From assembly GCA_037447605.1 (NCBI GenBank), contig CM074805.1, positions 3,939,361 to 4,003,360 on the forward strand: DNA of 64,000 nt. Direction: 5' to 3'. Numbering within the stretch: the stretch's first letter is position 1; every line of letters starts with the position of its first letter. The notes under the pieces are model-generated. The model did not search any database. It was not told the DNA's origin and saw only the letters and a program-made list of their open reading frames with translations. Below are positions 12,501 through 25,467 of this stretch, one piece after another. Source of the DNA: Zygnema circumcarinatum SAG 698-1b (Eukaryota > Plantae > Zygnematophyceae). The position numbers were made by a program, and so were the translations under genes.

Positions 12501-15500
12501 GTTCTTCGTCTAGAAATCCATAAATTTCAACGACCGAATCATCAGGTTTTCAATAATATGTTGAAATCCTTCATCTGCGATATATGGTCTGTTCACTTTT
12601 AACGTCTGATAACGGTTTCCTTTGGAGACCTTTAAAATCGCAGGATGAAACCGGCATTTTTTGGGACAATGACAGCCTTGCTGCTCTGCTTGCTTTGGAG
12701 CTCCACGCCGATGCCCTTCTCCTCTTGAGCGATGTGGATGGGCTGTACACTGGTCCCCCCAAAAACCCCAAATCGCAGATCATCCACACATACTTGAAAG
12801 AAAAGCATGACGAGATGGTGACTTTTGGCGAGAAATCGCGAGTCGGTAGGGGGGGCATGGTTGCCAAGGTGGAGGCGGCGTGGATGTCTGCTGCTGCCGG
12901 TGTTCCTGTTGTGATTGCTAGGTGAGTTGCCTGCACTTTCTCTTACGCAACTGAAAACCTCAGGTTCTGAACTGCTAATGTATTGGCTTTCCTAGGGGTT
13001 CTCCCATTGTTTAAATTTCTTCGTCAGTTGATGATTAGTCAATCCTTATTGATTGTGTCGGTGGGGTGGATGGGGCTGGGAGCACAGTGGGTTCGCCCCA
13101 AATGGCCTACTGAGGGTGATGCAGGGCGAGCATATTGGGACTGTGTTCCATAAAGATGCGCCGATGTGGACCACTTCTAAAGAAAATGGTGCCAGCAACA
13201 TGGCTGTCGCGTCACGCAAAGCAAGCTGGGCACTGCAGGTACAATAGAGCTACTGAGGAAGGTGCTTGCATGCGTTCTCTTCACTTGGATTTTCAAAAAG
13301 AGGCCCTCGGGTGTCGGCCTCTTCAAATGGCATATGGAATTGGATCATCTACCCGACTCTCCAAAAAAAATGTTGATTCTTTCAGCGCTTGGAAAGTCTG
13401 AATTTGGTCGTTCTCCTGCAGATCTGATCAAACATGTATCAGCTGTTCTAAATTTACGTATTGCTCTGGAAGGTTATGTGAGTGCTGCATGTCACTGCAC
13501 TGCTTTTCATGTCGACCTTTGAACTTTTGTTTGCACAGAATTACTTCTCCTCCTTGAACTGAGTGCTGGAATCACCACCTGCCTTGCGGTCGAGAGCAAC
13601 AACCTCTTTATCTTGTTATTGTGCAGGCCTTGAGCAGTGAAATGAGGTCAAAGATTTTGCTTGATGTGGCAGCAGCTTTGGAGGCAAATGAGTCCATCAT
13701 TCTGAAGGAGAATCTTGCAGATGTGCATGCAGCAGAGCAAGCAGGCGTTTCTTCAGCCTTGCTTCAGCGCCTCAAGTTGAAGACAGGAAGGGTGAGTGAA
13801 CATGGTTTATTCTATTGTAAGGAAACTGTGAATGAATCGGGTCGTTCTCCTTACTTACAATCTCGCTCCCTCTTTGTCTCTTGCCTCCTATTCTATTTCC
13901 TTCTATAGTGTCCTTCTACCTCTTCTCCTTGCCAGTTTTTTACTCTCCCTCCCTTCTTCGCCTCTCCAATGCCTGTATTTAAGCGTTTGAGAAGGCACTT
14001 GCAGATATGCAGTCGATTTCAGATTTACACATTTGCAAATGCTGCCGATGATCAGCCTGTGGTTGCTGGGGGGGCTGTTGTGTCTGGACAGATAGGGCAG
14101 CTTGCACAAGGGATCCGGTCAATTGCTGCCATGGAGGAGCCCATTGCAAAGCCTCTAAGGCGCACTTTGGTAAGCTCCGCATCATGGAGCAGATCCTTTT
14201 TAAGAGGTTTGAAGGGAGTTATAGGGAAAAAGATTCCAAGTTAATCGTAAATGGCATTCGATACATTGGGGTTACGGATGCTGCCGCTTTCCAAGCTAGG
14301 GCTGCTTTATATGCTCAAAGGTTACATGCACTCTTCTCTATATAGGTCGCCGGTTTTCTTCTAGTTTTGTACATTGTGAGTTCTTTCAAAGTCTAAAGCG
14401 TTTCGAGCCTTTCAAAAGTGCGGCAATCTTCTTGCATGCATCTGCTGAAACCTGCACAATATGAGACTTCCATGCATGCTGATTGCTAGGCGTCTCTTGA
14501 TGGCGTTGTGGGCTGTTACCGTAGTACAGATCACTGAGGGCCTTGAGTTGGAGCAGCAGACCTGGCCCTTAGGGGTGCTTTTAGTCATCTTCGAATCCCG
14601 CCCTGATGCTCTTCCACAGGTATACCTTTAAGAACAAACTTAAGGGCTACTTTTCTTTTGCTCCAAAGCAAAGCCCTACAAACTCGTTGTCACGGAATGA
14701 GTCCGCTGATCACATTGGATCATTTTTTGCGCTTAATGAAGTTCCGGCTGACTGTAGATTGCAGCATTGGCCATTCGAAGTGGCAATGGACTTCTGCTGA
14801 AGGGAGGAAAGGAGGCTTCACGCTCCAACGCTATACTTCATAAGGTACGAAATTGGGGGCAACTTCAAGCTCAACTTTAACTTTCAGCAGGCACAGCCCC
14901 ACACCTTTCATCAGTGAATGTGCTCCATGTGTCTATAACCTCTGAGAGGCTTGTAACCATCTACTTTAGATGTAGCTTTCTTCCGTGCAGTCTTGTTCGC
15001 AAAGCTTCAATTGCCTGTGTTTGTATGATGGTAAACGAAGCTGGCTAATCGCTCGGTCGGTACTCTTTGCCTGTGATGTGGAGTAGCTTTGTTATATTCC
15101 TGCTTGAAATAGAAAAAATAGAGAAAGAGCCGTGGACTCATGTTTTCATATGGGGCTCATATGCAGACAATCACTGAAGCCCTGCCTCCTGAAGTGAGCC
15201 CAAATCTCATAGGTCTTGTCACATCCCGAGAAGCCATCTCTGATCTTCTCAAGGTACATCTCGAAGTTTCTTTGCCTCTTCTCTCCCGATAACGCTCATA
15301 TATGTGGACGTTTCTGTTGGTTTTTCAATATGACGCACAGTGATGCATATTTGAATGCCCTTCCGCCTTTTTTTTAGCCGTATCCCCCCGCATTCACTCA
15401 GCTGCTGTTCCTGCTGGTTGTGCGTCCACCTGTCTGGTGAATGTTTTCATTTCATGGCTGCAACCTTTAATCTCTATTTTTTGAAGGGCAGTGCTTGTGT

Positions 15501-17626
15501 TAATAGAATTCGCGCTTCTAGTCCCCCTATTTAGGCCTGCCCCATTTGGTCCGATTTGACAAAAACTATCTGTTATCTGCTGAAGCTGTGTTGTGTCTCT
15601 TGGTGTACAGTTAGACGACGTCATTGACTTAGTCATTCCTCGAGGCAGCAATGAGTTGGTCTCTCACATTAAGCAGAACACAAAGATTGCCGTCCTCGGG
15701 CATGCAGGTAAGTTGGTCTACGTCTTGCAGGGTTAGCTTTAAAGGATGTGTCAAAAAGGCACCCAATAAGCAAGTTCTTCTTCGATCTTTATGCACCGCT
15801 TTCCTTCCCTCATGCCTTGCTATCTTCATACTGCTGCAAGCCCTCACTTGAAGCCCCTTTCTGTGAGACAGACGGAGTATGCCATGTGTTTGTGGACAAG
15901 GCAGCAAATCTGGAGATGGCAAAGAGGCTCATTGTCGATGCAAAAACAGACTATCCGGCCGCCTGCAATGCCATGGTCAGCCTTCACTTGAACCATGGCT
16001 GCAACAGCAAAGCTCTTTTGCCAGCTATTTTCCACGGCTCCTGCTCTCATATCGCTAGTAGACAGGACTCCGTCTTTCTGTAATTTCTTACTGTACTCAC
16101 AACTTCTCCTTATTGGAGTGTGGTTGCAGGAGACTCTGTTGGTGCATGAAGAATTGGCAGCTTCCGGCGTCCTATCAGAACTCTGTACGGCCCTACAAGC
16201 CAAAGGTGAGGTATTTGGATTCAACCCATTTTAGTTTTTTCCCACTTCATGATAAAGCAGCAGGGCTTTAAAGTTGTAGAGACTTGTGCTGCACCGCCCT
16301 CTCATGTACATGACTCACCCCATGAGCTCATGAACGTGACAGGAGTGAAGCTTTATGGAGGAGAGAGAGCTGCGGAATTCTTAAAAATTCCAAGGGCATC
16401 AGAGCTGCATCATGAGTATGGAGCCAACGAGTGCACTGTGGAAATCGTTAAGGATGCTTCTGCTGCAATCGAGCACATCCACATACATGGAAGGTATGTC
16501 TGCTAGTCTATGCCCATTGTAGCTTGGAATATAGGGGGCCACTACTACAGTCCCAAAGACAACAGTGCAGCTTCAATGTGTAACCTATTTGACGAAGGGT
16601 CTGCAACTTCTTCAGTTTGATGGTTCTAATGAGAAGCAGAGATTTTGTGAGGGAGCGTTTTATCATGGAAACTTTTCGGCGTGCATACATGGCCCTGAAG
16701 ATGGCTCTCTCGCCATGGAGTTTACTTATGCTTCTGACTTGGGCGGGTGCAGTGCTCACACGGACTGCATTGTAACAGACGACACGGAAACAGCAGAGCT
16801 ATTCCTTCGGAGCGTGGACAGGTAACTTTCTGAGGGCAACAGTTCTGACCGGAGTAGATAACTCTTTAGTCGAAACCCGAAGACTCAAATTCAGAAATTC
16901 AGAGTCAGACTTATTTCCCTTAGTATCGAAGGCTTGACATATAGATGCAGCAAGAGATGAGAGTCTCGCCCGCCTGTCCACTCAATCAAAACTTTAGTTC
17001 AAACTCACAAATTGTTTGTTGTTTTCATTGGGGTTTGCAGTGCAGCCGTGCTCCACAATGCTAGTACGCGGTTCTCTGATGGCTTCCGTTTTGGGCTGGG
17101 AGCAGAGGTATGCCTCAAAAAGCAACATGGGAAAATGCCATCAGACACTCGTAGTGATGTCTTTGTTCTTCTATGAGCTGTTGAATTAGATTTATCCATA
17201 TTTTATTCGATACCCACCAATCTGCGGGGATCCTCTGAACGATATTGATGCTGAGAAGTGAGTTGGTGCAGGTTGGAATCAGTACGAGCCGGATTCATGC
17301 GCGGGGTCCTGTCGGAGTGGAGGGCCTTCTGAGCACTCGGTGGTAAGCTTTTGGGGGAAAGGATGGGGACCACTTTGCAGAGCCATTGTGTGGGGCCAGA
17401 ATCGGTGGTGTTTTGTTGTATGCCGTTTGCCTGCAAGGACAGGGACTGTAACTGCAGGTAGAGCTTTCCATGTTTCTCCTCTCATTTCTTTCTTTTGTCT
17501 CTCCTCAGGCTGCTGCGAGGGCATGGCCATGTTGTCAACAAAGACCAAGACATTGACTACATCTTTAAACAACTTAAATTCGATAATGCTGACACCATGA
17601 TGTCCGCCAACGGCGTATCCCACTGA
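9573..17626 (+). CDS. P5CS: Delta-1-pyrroline-5-carboxylate synthase (bifunctional gamma-glutamyl kinase / GSA dehydrogenase), about 20 exons
   Basis: [20 protein letters not shown]|[62 protein letters not shown]|[19 protein letters not shown], ending ...SANGVSH*. Confidence 0.97.
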
Positions 17627-19443
17627 ATGAAATGAGGGGTATGTAGTATGGTTGGCATGTGCTTCGTCGTTCTATATATAGCCTTTTTGGGCGAATAAAG
17701 CCGGCCCTAGAGAGCATGTGTGCTCCCTTAATCATTGTGTTTTTGAAGTTAGCGATTCATGGCCCAATCTGGCCAGCCCCAAAATCTGTGTTACTCGTGT
17801 GTGTCTGTGAGATTCTTTTGTATTCTCAGTTGTTCTGGCAATGCCTTGAAGCTCGCTCAATATAATTGACCAGCTCTTGTTTTGGCCGTTCTTCACTAAT
17901 ACCTTTGGAGTTGCATAGATCGTAAGCAAAAGAAGCCAAAATCTCCCAAACGAAGCCTCCATCTATGCTCTCTCCGTCCAATTTTCCGCCTCTCCCTTTT
18001 GCCCTTTTGCCTCTGCCACTCTCCCCTTCTCCTGTGCCTCCTCTTCACTCTCACAACGCACTCATGGCTGGCTTTGACGTCTCCATTGCACGCCAGCCCC
18101 ACGCGAGTCTAGTCATTCAAGCAGTTATAGAGGACTGTATGTGCCTTTGAATCCCCACTTTGAGGAGCAAAACCTTCATAACATCATTTCTCGGCATCGA
18201 TGAAAACAACAAAGTTTCGTACGGCGCAGGTGCCTGCACGATAATTGAAGCGTTTTTTAACTTCACGTCAGAGCTACAACAGCGGCAAAATTAAGGCACC
18301 ATTTTCCAAATCTTCATCTTGCTCCTTTGAAGGTGTATGAGAGCACGTTCTGTTGCCGATGTGACTGCTAGAAATGATGCATTTCACAGAGGCGAAAAAA
18401 GCGAGCCTGATACTGTACGCAGCTGGAAACGCAAACAGACGACACGTGGCGCAGTTTCCATTTCTGTGCTGAACATGCGAGCAGCCGCGTGTAGCGCGCT
18501 GTACGGCCCGCAGCGCCCCCCGAGCTCGTCCCTCAAAATCAAGCATATACGGTAAAGTCAAATTAGAAAAAAAAAAAATAGAAATATGCGCCTGCGTGGA
18601 AGAGAAGGTAAGGAGAAATAAAAGGTTTGGATCTCCCTATGAGCCGATGATGTCGTCCCCAAGCGCTGACTGCGCTCTGAGTTCAAGCAGAAACATGCAG
18701 TCATTGCACTTCCATTTCATCCAACAGGGTTCAGAGTTCTAGCTAGACTGTTCCTGTGGATTTTCTGATACGAAAACTTTTAAAACGTGAATCCTGCATG
18801 GAGTAAATTTCCTTTGCTCCATGTCATTTCTTGAGTAGGATGTAGATGTGCTGCTGAAATATCGTTTTGTTACGACCCTAGTTGTTCAACTGAAATGAAG
18901 GACAACACTTGTGTACACTGACACTTTGAAATTTCAGTTATTCTTTTTCTGGAGGGATTTGGAAAGCATTTGATCTGCTCATAAAAAAGCACACGGCAAC
19001 ATTTCCATAGCCAACTAATCAGACTGAAGCGAAACGAGCTATAAAGCATGTAAGTCGAGCAACAGCGTAAGCCCCCAGTTTAGCACCAAAGCTACGAAAA
19101 AAAAACGAAAAATTGAACTACCTTCAGGAGGGGGGATGCCCTAAACCTTGGAAGGAAACGACTCTCTTGAGTCTGCCTTGCTCTGAGATTAACAGCTACT
19201 CCGGCTCGTGTCCTAGCAAATCCATCAAATGTGAAATATAAAGGTTAGACAAAATTTACAAGCGCTCAAACTACCGAACTGACGCCGCCTCTACTCTCCA
19301 AATGAACCTACTCGAGGTCGTTATGAACTCGCCAATGTTCCCTTCGCCCCTCTGGAGCCATCGCTTAATGAGAGCCTTTGCTGCAACATATAAGCCAAGC
19401 ATTTCCAGCTCTTGTTGCCCCTTTCTCATCGTGGAAAGGTCTG

Positions 19444-22294
19444 CTACATGCGTAGGGGCTTAAGTCCTAGAGATGCTCGAAGTCGATTTGCCTCTGCAAT
19501 TTCTGGATCTTGGTGGTCAGTTCCATCGGCAGCTTTCTTCTGCTTCTTCTCCTTCTCTTTCTTGTTTCTCTTCTTGTCATCGTCTACAGTGGCATCCTCC
19601 ATGTGGACATCCCCTTTTCCTCGCCTGCCCAAGAACACGCATTCACCATCATCACAACCACCCCATTTAGAGTGACTAACGAACCAATAACAAGAGGTCT
19701 GGAAAAGGAAACTATTTAACTGCCAGCACAGAATGTCATCCAGACAGTGCAGGGCCTGTCTCTAGGCAGAAATGGCACGGGATAAAAGCAATGGCCAACA
19801 TCCCTCAGGCGGTCCAAATACTGCTTTTACTGAAACCTCCGAGGGGAATTTGTTCATACCTCCGTCGATCTCCATCAGGGCTTTCACTCCGATGCCGCTT
19901 CCGTCTGTCTGGGGACTCCTCCTCTTCCCGATCTCGTCCTTTCCGATCGCGATCACGCTCGCCATCCCTATCACGATCCCGATCTCGACCTCTGTCCCGG
20001 TCTCTACCTCTGTCGCGATCGCGGCTGCGCCCATATTCCCTCTCACGATCCCTATCCCGATCACGATCCCTGTCTCTCTCCCTATCCCGATCCCGGTCAC
20101 GGTCACGGTCACGATCCCCACCTCGATCCCGATCACGATCTCTATAAGTGTCTCGATCTCGCTCTCTGTCCCTGTCGCGATCCCGGTCCCTGAAATCCCG
20201 TCCATCCAGCACGAGTTTTGTCACATCGTTGACCACAACCAACAAAAAGGTCGAAGAGAAATGTAACAATATGCCGCCCATCATACTTCTCACTGCACAC
20301 TGTCAGTGCAGAGACACCTGGCAGAGCGACATAAAAGCTTTAGGATGCCCATGCAAGTTCGCCCTTTGCTCCTATGCGCCTTCCAACATCTCCAGCAGCA
20401 GAGCTGTTATAGAAGTACGCATACAGGGCAACAGGGTGGCAGCTCATGGTCCCGTGGACTGCTGTGGGCAGCTGGGGAGAGCTATGCCAGAATACCAGGG
20501 AAGGTGCATCCACGGAGGCTTCTCTGGAACATACTCATTTAGACAACACGGACATGGCGAATTGAATGCAGCAAACATGTAGAACAACCAATCAAGTATG
20601 TCGCGGGGAGCACAATTGCCTTCAGAAGGAGTCCGAATGATCATGCGTGTCTGTTTCCAAATGCAGAATGGTTCAGCCCATTCCAAAACTGCTGATAAGC
20701 AGAACGAGGGATACCTGTAATCTCGGTCCCGCCGATGTCTGTCCCTCTCCTTCTCATGATCACGATCCCTTGCAGGACTCCGTCGCGGTTCCTAGGTACC
20801 CAAACGCCGACACCCCTCTTACTCACAAGAACAACACTATTCCCGCAGTAATTCATGTTCTCTAAATATGTCTCCATACTCCAAACAGCATGCTGATGCA
20901 AGTCCTAACTTCAACACAGGATTTCCATAAGATAGTTAGCTGCTGGCTCATGGAAGCTCATGCAGAATCAACCATTTTCTGACAAAAATATGTCAATGGA
21001 TTAGGTACAACCTCCGAAATCAATGGATTCCGCATCTAACAGACGAACAACGATACTACATCTATCGGTGTTCCTCCATCCATCTTCATCCCCTCTCCTG
21101 CCTAGTAAAGTCTCGCACAACTCACCCTGTCCACCTCCATCGCATCCCGTCCTGCCCTACCATTGGCCGTCTCTTGCTCTTCTTCCTTTTCCTCTTCCTC
21201 TTCCTCTTCAAAGTCATCTTCCAGGGCACTCCGTCGAGGCTCAAGCTGTCCCGAGCTCTCGAGCGTCCATCTATGAACAAAGACGTCGGTGAGAACAAGC
21301 TCATCAGTACTTAAGAGAAAACAATTTCGTGCATCCAATTTCGCTGTGAAAAGGCTTCAATGTTTCTATTCCATTCAAGAACGGGAATTTTGCCAAGCTT
21401 ACGTGCCTTTTGGGAATTCGAGGAAGCGCAATGTCGCAACAGTAGTCTTTAGTGAGCAGAATGTCCACAAACTCGTCTACGTGTGCCAAACTGGACTCTG
21501 TACAAAAGCATGATGAATATTTGGTTAATGAGGACACGGCTGACATCAATTGTTGACCATGATCTAGCTGCACACAGTGAATCCTTCAACGCCCATTCTC
21601 TTCCCCAAAATTTATCCTTACTTCCATCGCTCAGCTTTTCTCGAAGCTTGCGATAATCGTTGTAGAGGGGCTCCAAATACTGGTACACATCCAGTGGCTT
21701 TCCAACAAGGCGGAGATAAAAGGCGCCAAGAATACGTACATACCTGCAGGAGGCAGTAGAATTCGGCCCTTACCAACATGCAGTAGCTATGCAAACACTT
21801 GACTGCGATCTTGAAGCACCAACAGCAAGATCAATAGCAACATGACAAAGGTCTGCTCAGGTTAAAGGTTTGGGATAACACATACTTGTAGTCTTCATTC
21901 TTGATAAACTCCACCACAATTTCCTTCTCTGGCTGTATCTGCAGCATCTTCAGTGTAAGGCACATAAACGGAGTCGCTTTACGGTTTCCTCCAAATGTCC
22001 CACCAAAATGATCAAGCTCCATGGCCTTGTCAACGAGTGTCTCAGCTGCAACCAAACGTAAAGCAGCTGATAAGCTTCTAGAGTCCCTTCCTTTACTACT
22101 TTGTCTCTAAACAGTTGGTTGTCAATCAGTAGAGCCAGGGCCATTCCAGCGGGCCCTCCTTTACCTGTCAAGCCAAAGCACTGCTCCTTCCAGTACGTAT
22201 TCTGATAAATCTTTGAGCGAAGAATTTTCTCTACAAGATTCTGAGGGTTCGTCCCGTGCACGCTCTTGGCGCGCGGATCCGTCCTGTTGGCCAT
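19444..22294 (-). CDS. PRP38: Pre-mRNA splicing factor PRP38 with C-terminal RD/RE repeat domain
   Basis: [64 protein letters not shown], poly-E, RDRDRDRE repeats, end [16 protein letters not shown]. Confidence 0.95.
19945..20200 (-). repeat. Coding RD/RE dipeptide repeat (CGGGAT/AGGGAT-like hexamers) inside PRP38
   Basis: ORF 19805-20293 reads [14 protein letters not shown]; the antisense SR-rich ORFs are its mirror image. Confidence 0.9.
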
Positions 22295-22703
22295 GGCTGG
22301 CCCTCCCCTGTCCCCCTCCAGCAAGTTTTTAGGGTTTCTTGGCACCGTCTCCTGAACGGCGTCCCTGCTCCTCCGCCTCTCCCCTCTCCATGGTCGTTAG
22401 CTGCTACGCTGCCGTTGGACCCAACTGTAACTGGAAAGAAATTGGCGCGATTTTCAATTCTTTTCAAACAGCAACACAGAACGCGTGCATGGCCGTCGGT
22501 AAATTGGACGGCCACTAAAACTCAAGGTGTTTGGCTTGATGCTAAATTTGTTGAATTTTCTCGAACTACGCACGGCGTTGCATGACTTCTGACGGCCTGG
22601 AACCGAGGGTGAAGGAGTAACCTTGGAACCCATTGACATTGTTAAGCCTGGAAGTACAGTAGAGTGATTTCAGAGAAGGGAAAATGGCATTCCAGAACAT
22701 TAG

Positions 22704-22826
22704 CTTTTTTCTTGCGTCTTTTAGGTCCTATGTGACCAGTTCCTCGTGGTACTGATGTTGTTTTTTGTCCGTGTACCTTCGATGACGTCGACATCGTGAG
22801 ATCAATGCCAATTCATTTCCATTCTC
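22704..22826 (+). mobile_element. Copy A of a short dispersed repeat (putative SINE/LINE 3' end)
   Basis: Shares CCAGTTCCTCGTGGT...TTGTCC.TGTAC...CATCGTGAGATCAATGCCA with copies at 33011, 33181 and 49208. Confidence 0.6.
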
Positions 22827-23728
22827 AGTATTGTTATTCTGATTTCGACTATGTGGCTCCTAACTTTTAATAACTTCTGCAGCTACTTTGAATCTAGTTT
22901 TCGATGTTTAGTTGATGCATGTGGATAATACTTCTGGAAATGACCTTGGTTTTCGGATATGATGTTGATAACGTAGCGCGAATGCAAAAATCAAATCCCC
23001 GAAATACTTATTGACGGCTGTCAAGTCATGGACAGTACCTGTGTTTGGCTAGAAGATTGAACTCAAGTTTGAAATGTCTTTGTAATGTTCTGCTTTAAAC
23101 ACCCATGCATGTATCATGCTTTTCGTCATGTCGAGTATTCCATTATATCCTTGGTGCACATCACAGTAGCGTTTCGTAAAGCGCTAGCTGAATAGACTCA
23201 AACGACCTGAGTTTGCAATCTTGGTTTATTTCACAGATAATTAAACCAAGTTTGCCATCGAAGAGGAAATATTAGAACATAAATGTTTGATAGAGTGCTT
23301 TTAAGTAGAATGTAGAGAGAATATACCAACTGAGTGTAGGTAAATTGAAATCGAAATTGATTAGATATTTGCTTATGCTTGTAGTTTGTTGGGAGAGAGA
23401 GCTAATAGTTTGCATACTGTAGTGTACGCGTGCTTACATCAAGTTCAGAGGCACCCAAGAAGTGTAAGCACACAATGGAAGAAATAAGACGTTTTACATT
23501 GATAAGCTGCATACAACGTTCAACGTTCAACGTTGCATGTTATCACATCATACAGTGACCAAAAAGGGAATTGCTGCACAATAGGATTTTGTTGATCGGG
23601 CCAATCCAGAGGTTACTGTGGAAATTCTCATAAGCACTGTACAATGAAGCCGCAAATGTAGCTCTGCAAAAGGGTCAATCATCGGAACTAATACTACACA
23701 GATTTAGATGTCATACTGCTCACTGAAT

Positions 23729-24526
23729 TTAACTCTTATTGACGGCGTCTTTCACCTGCTCCCCGAGCTTCTTTGCGCTCTCGGTGACATTGTCAACGGC
23801 CTCCTGCACCTGACGGCTGGCATTTGTCACGGCGTCTTGCACGTTCTTGGTGGCATCACTCGCCGCATCCTGCACCTGGCCGGCAGCATCACTTGCTCCC
23901 TCCTTCACCTGGTCAGCCGTGTTGGAAACATTTTCCTTCGTGGTTCCAGGGCCCTTGATGAAACTTTCGCGCAACTGCTGGGCTCCTTCCTTGAGGTCAT
24001 CATCCTGCAATCGTATCAAATTCGCAAGTTAATTTCCTTATCCTATGGAAAACATTTAATGCACATGGGAGACGCATCAACAGAAAAATAATAGAGAAGG
24101 TATTGGTTGGGAAATTAACAACCATCAGCAAACACTTCTCAAAACCGTGCATCATTCTCGTTTTCCATTTCAGGTGCGATTCCTGACATGTAAGACTTCA
24201 CAAACGCGCAGCTTCTCCTATTGATGTGAAGCTGAAGTTTCTCTTTAGCAAAAGAATATTTTCTAGTCATAAACAAGAGCAACGGAAATTCTGCACTCAT
24301 TCAGCACTCATTCAAAAAATCACCAGCCACAGCCATGACACGCATTTGCATTAAAAAATGTGCCTTTACAGAATGGATGTACCTTCTTCGCGGCCCGAAC
24401 CACCACACAGCGTCGGCTAACGAGAGAAGGTCGCAGACTGCTGCCCTCAGTAAACTTCACAGTCCTGGTTGCGAAGCTTGCAGGCGCCGTCACGAGCGTC
24501 AGAGATGCAGCATTGATAGCGGCCAT
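23729..24526 (-). CDS. Plastid-targeted LEA-like (group 3/LEA_4-like) hydrophilic protein; exons 24526-24383 and 24004-23729
   Basis: Transit peptide MAAINAASLTLVTAPASFATR...RRCVVVRAAKK, then amphipathic A/Q/D/K/V repeats (QVKEGASDAAGQVQDAASDATKNVQDAV). Minus-strand TATAAA at 24646-24641. Confidence 0.8.
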
Positions 24527-24734
24527 GGTTCCAAATCTCGAGCGGAGGAGAGTTGCAGGATGCGGAACAGCAGAAAGTGAGCTCCAAATATCAGTTTGCT
24601 CAAAAGCCGCTTCTTCCTTCTCCCCTTCCAGCGGCACCAATTTATAAGTTTGCACTCCAATACTAGAACCAATACGTTTCTTTTCTGACGCTTGGGTACT
24701 GCTTCCGAGATCACTTCGCCAAGCTGGCAACCAA

Positions 24735-25012
24735 TTACGTCACGTTTTGGGCCGTGCGAAGCCTCGTCGGTCGGTGCACACCCCCTTCTTACGACCACGT
24801 GGCACCGTTCTGTGCTGTCACGTGTCATCTTTCCCTGTACGTCACCCACGTGGCAGTTTTTTCTTGCAAACAAGAAGGTGAGCTGGCGCAAAGGCCAAAC
24901 GAGCAGGCGACACGTGTCGGCGCGCTGGCTGCTGGGGTGCGTCATCACAGACGTGACTGACGCCACGGTGAATCCAGTTTAAAAGTTTGTCGGACCGTCC
25001 GACTGACGTCAG
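24735..25012 (-). promoter_or_regulatory. ABRE/G-box plus DRE/CRT cluster upstream of the LEA-like gene
   Basis: Nine ACGT cores in about 275 bp, four of them CACGTG (24796, 24819, 24847, 24911). Minus-strand A/GCCGAC near 24766, 24770 and 24916. Confidence 0.75.
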
Positions 25013-25467
25013 TTAAGCTGAGCGTAATGCCACATGGAGAGGGCGACCAGTAAAATGCGGAGGGCCAATCAGGACGAAGCTCTGGCTGCTTCCACAAAAT
25101 AGCTTTAGGCTCCAACGGTCCAACTACGGATCACATGGTGGCCGCAATTTGGCTGCATTCGCCTCTTTCATGAACAATGTTGGGGTTGCAAGTTTTTGGG
25201 CTTTGACAACATCCATAGCACGCGACTTGTCAACGTGCACAACAACTTGTCAATGTCAAACAACTGCGAGTTAAACAGCGCTGCAGAGCAGCGCAAGCAA
25301 CCTCCTAGAGAGTCAGGTCGATTTGGACTAATCTTTGCCAGATTATATGAATAAAATGGCGTGGATGCGAGGCATGTGCTTTGTTCGCCGTTCGTCCCAG
25401 CGCTACTAGCAAACAACAACGTGTGGCGTTGAGCTGGTTCCTCAACGCCACGAGATGATGCCCTAAC

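Noticed and set aside
19772-20582. Plus-strand SR-rich and IP-rich ORFs suggesting an SR protein
   Set aside because: They are antisense mirrors of the PRP38 RD repeat.
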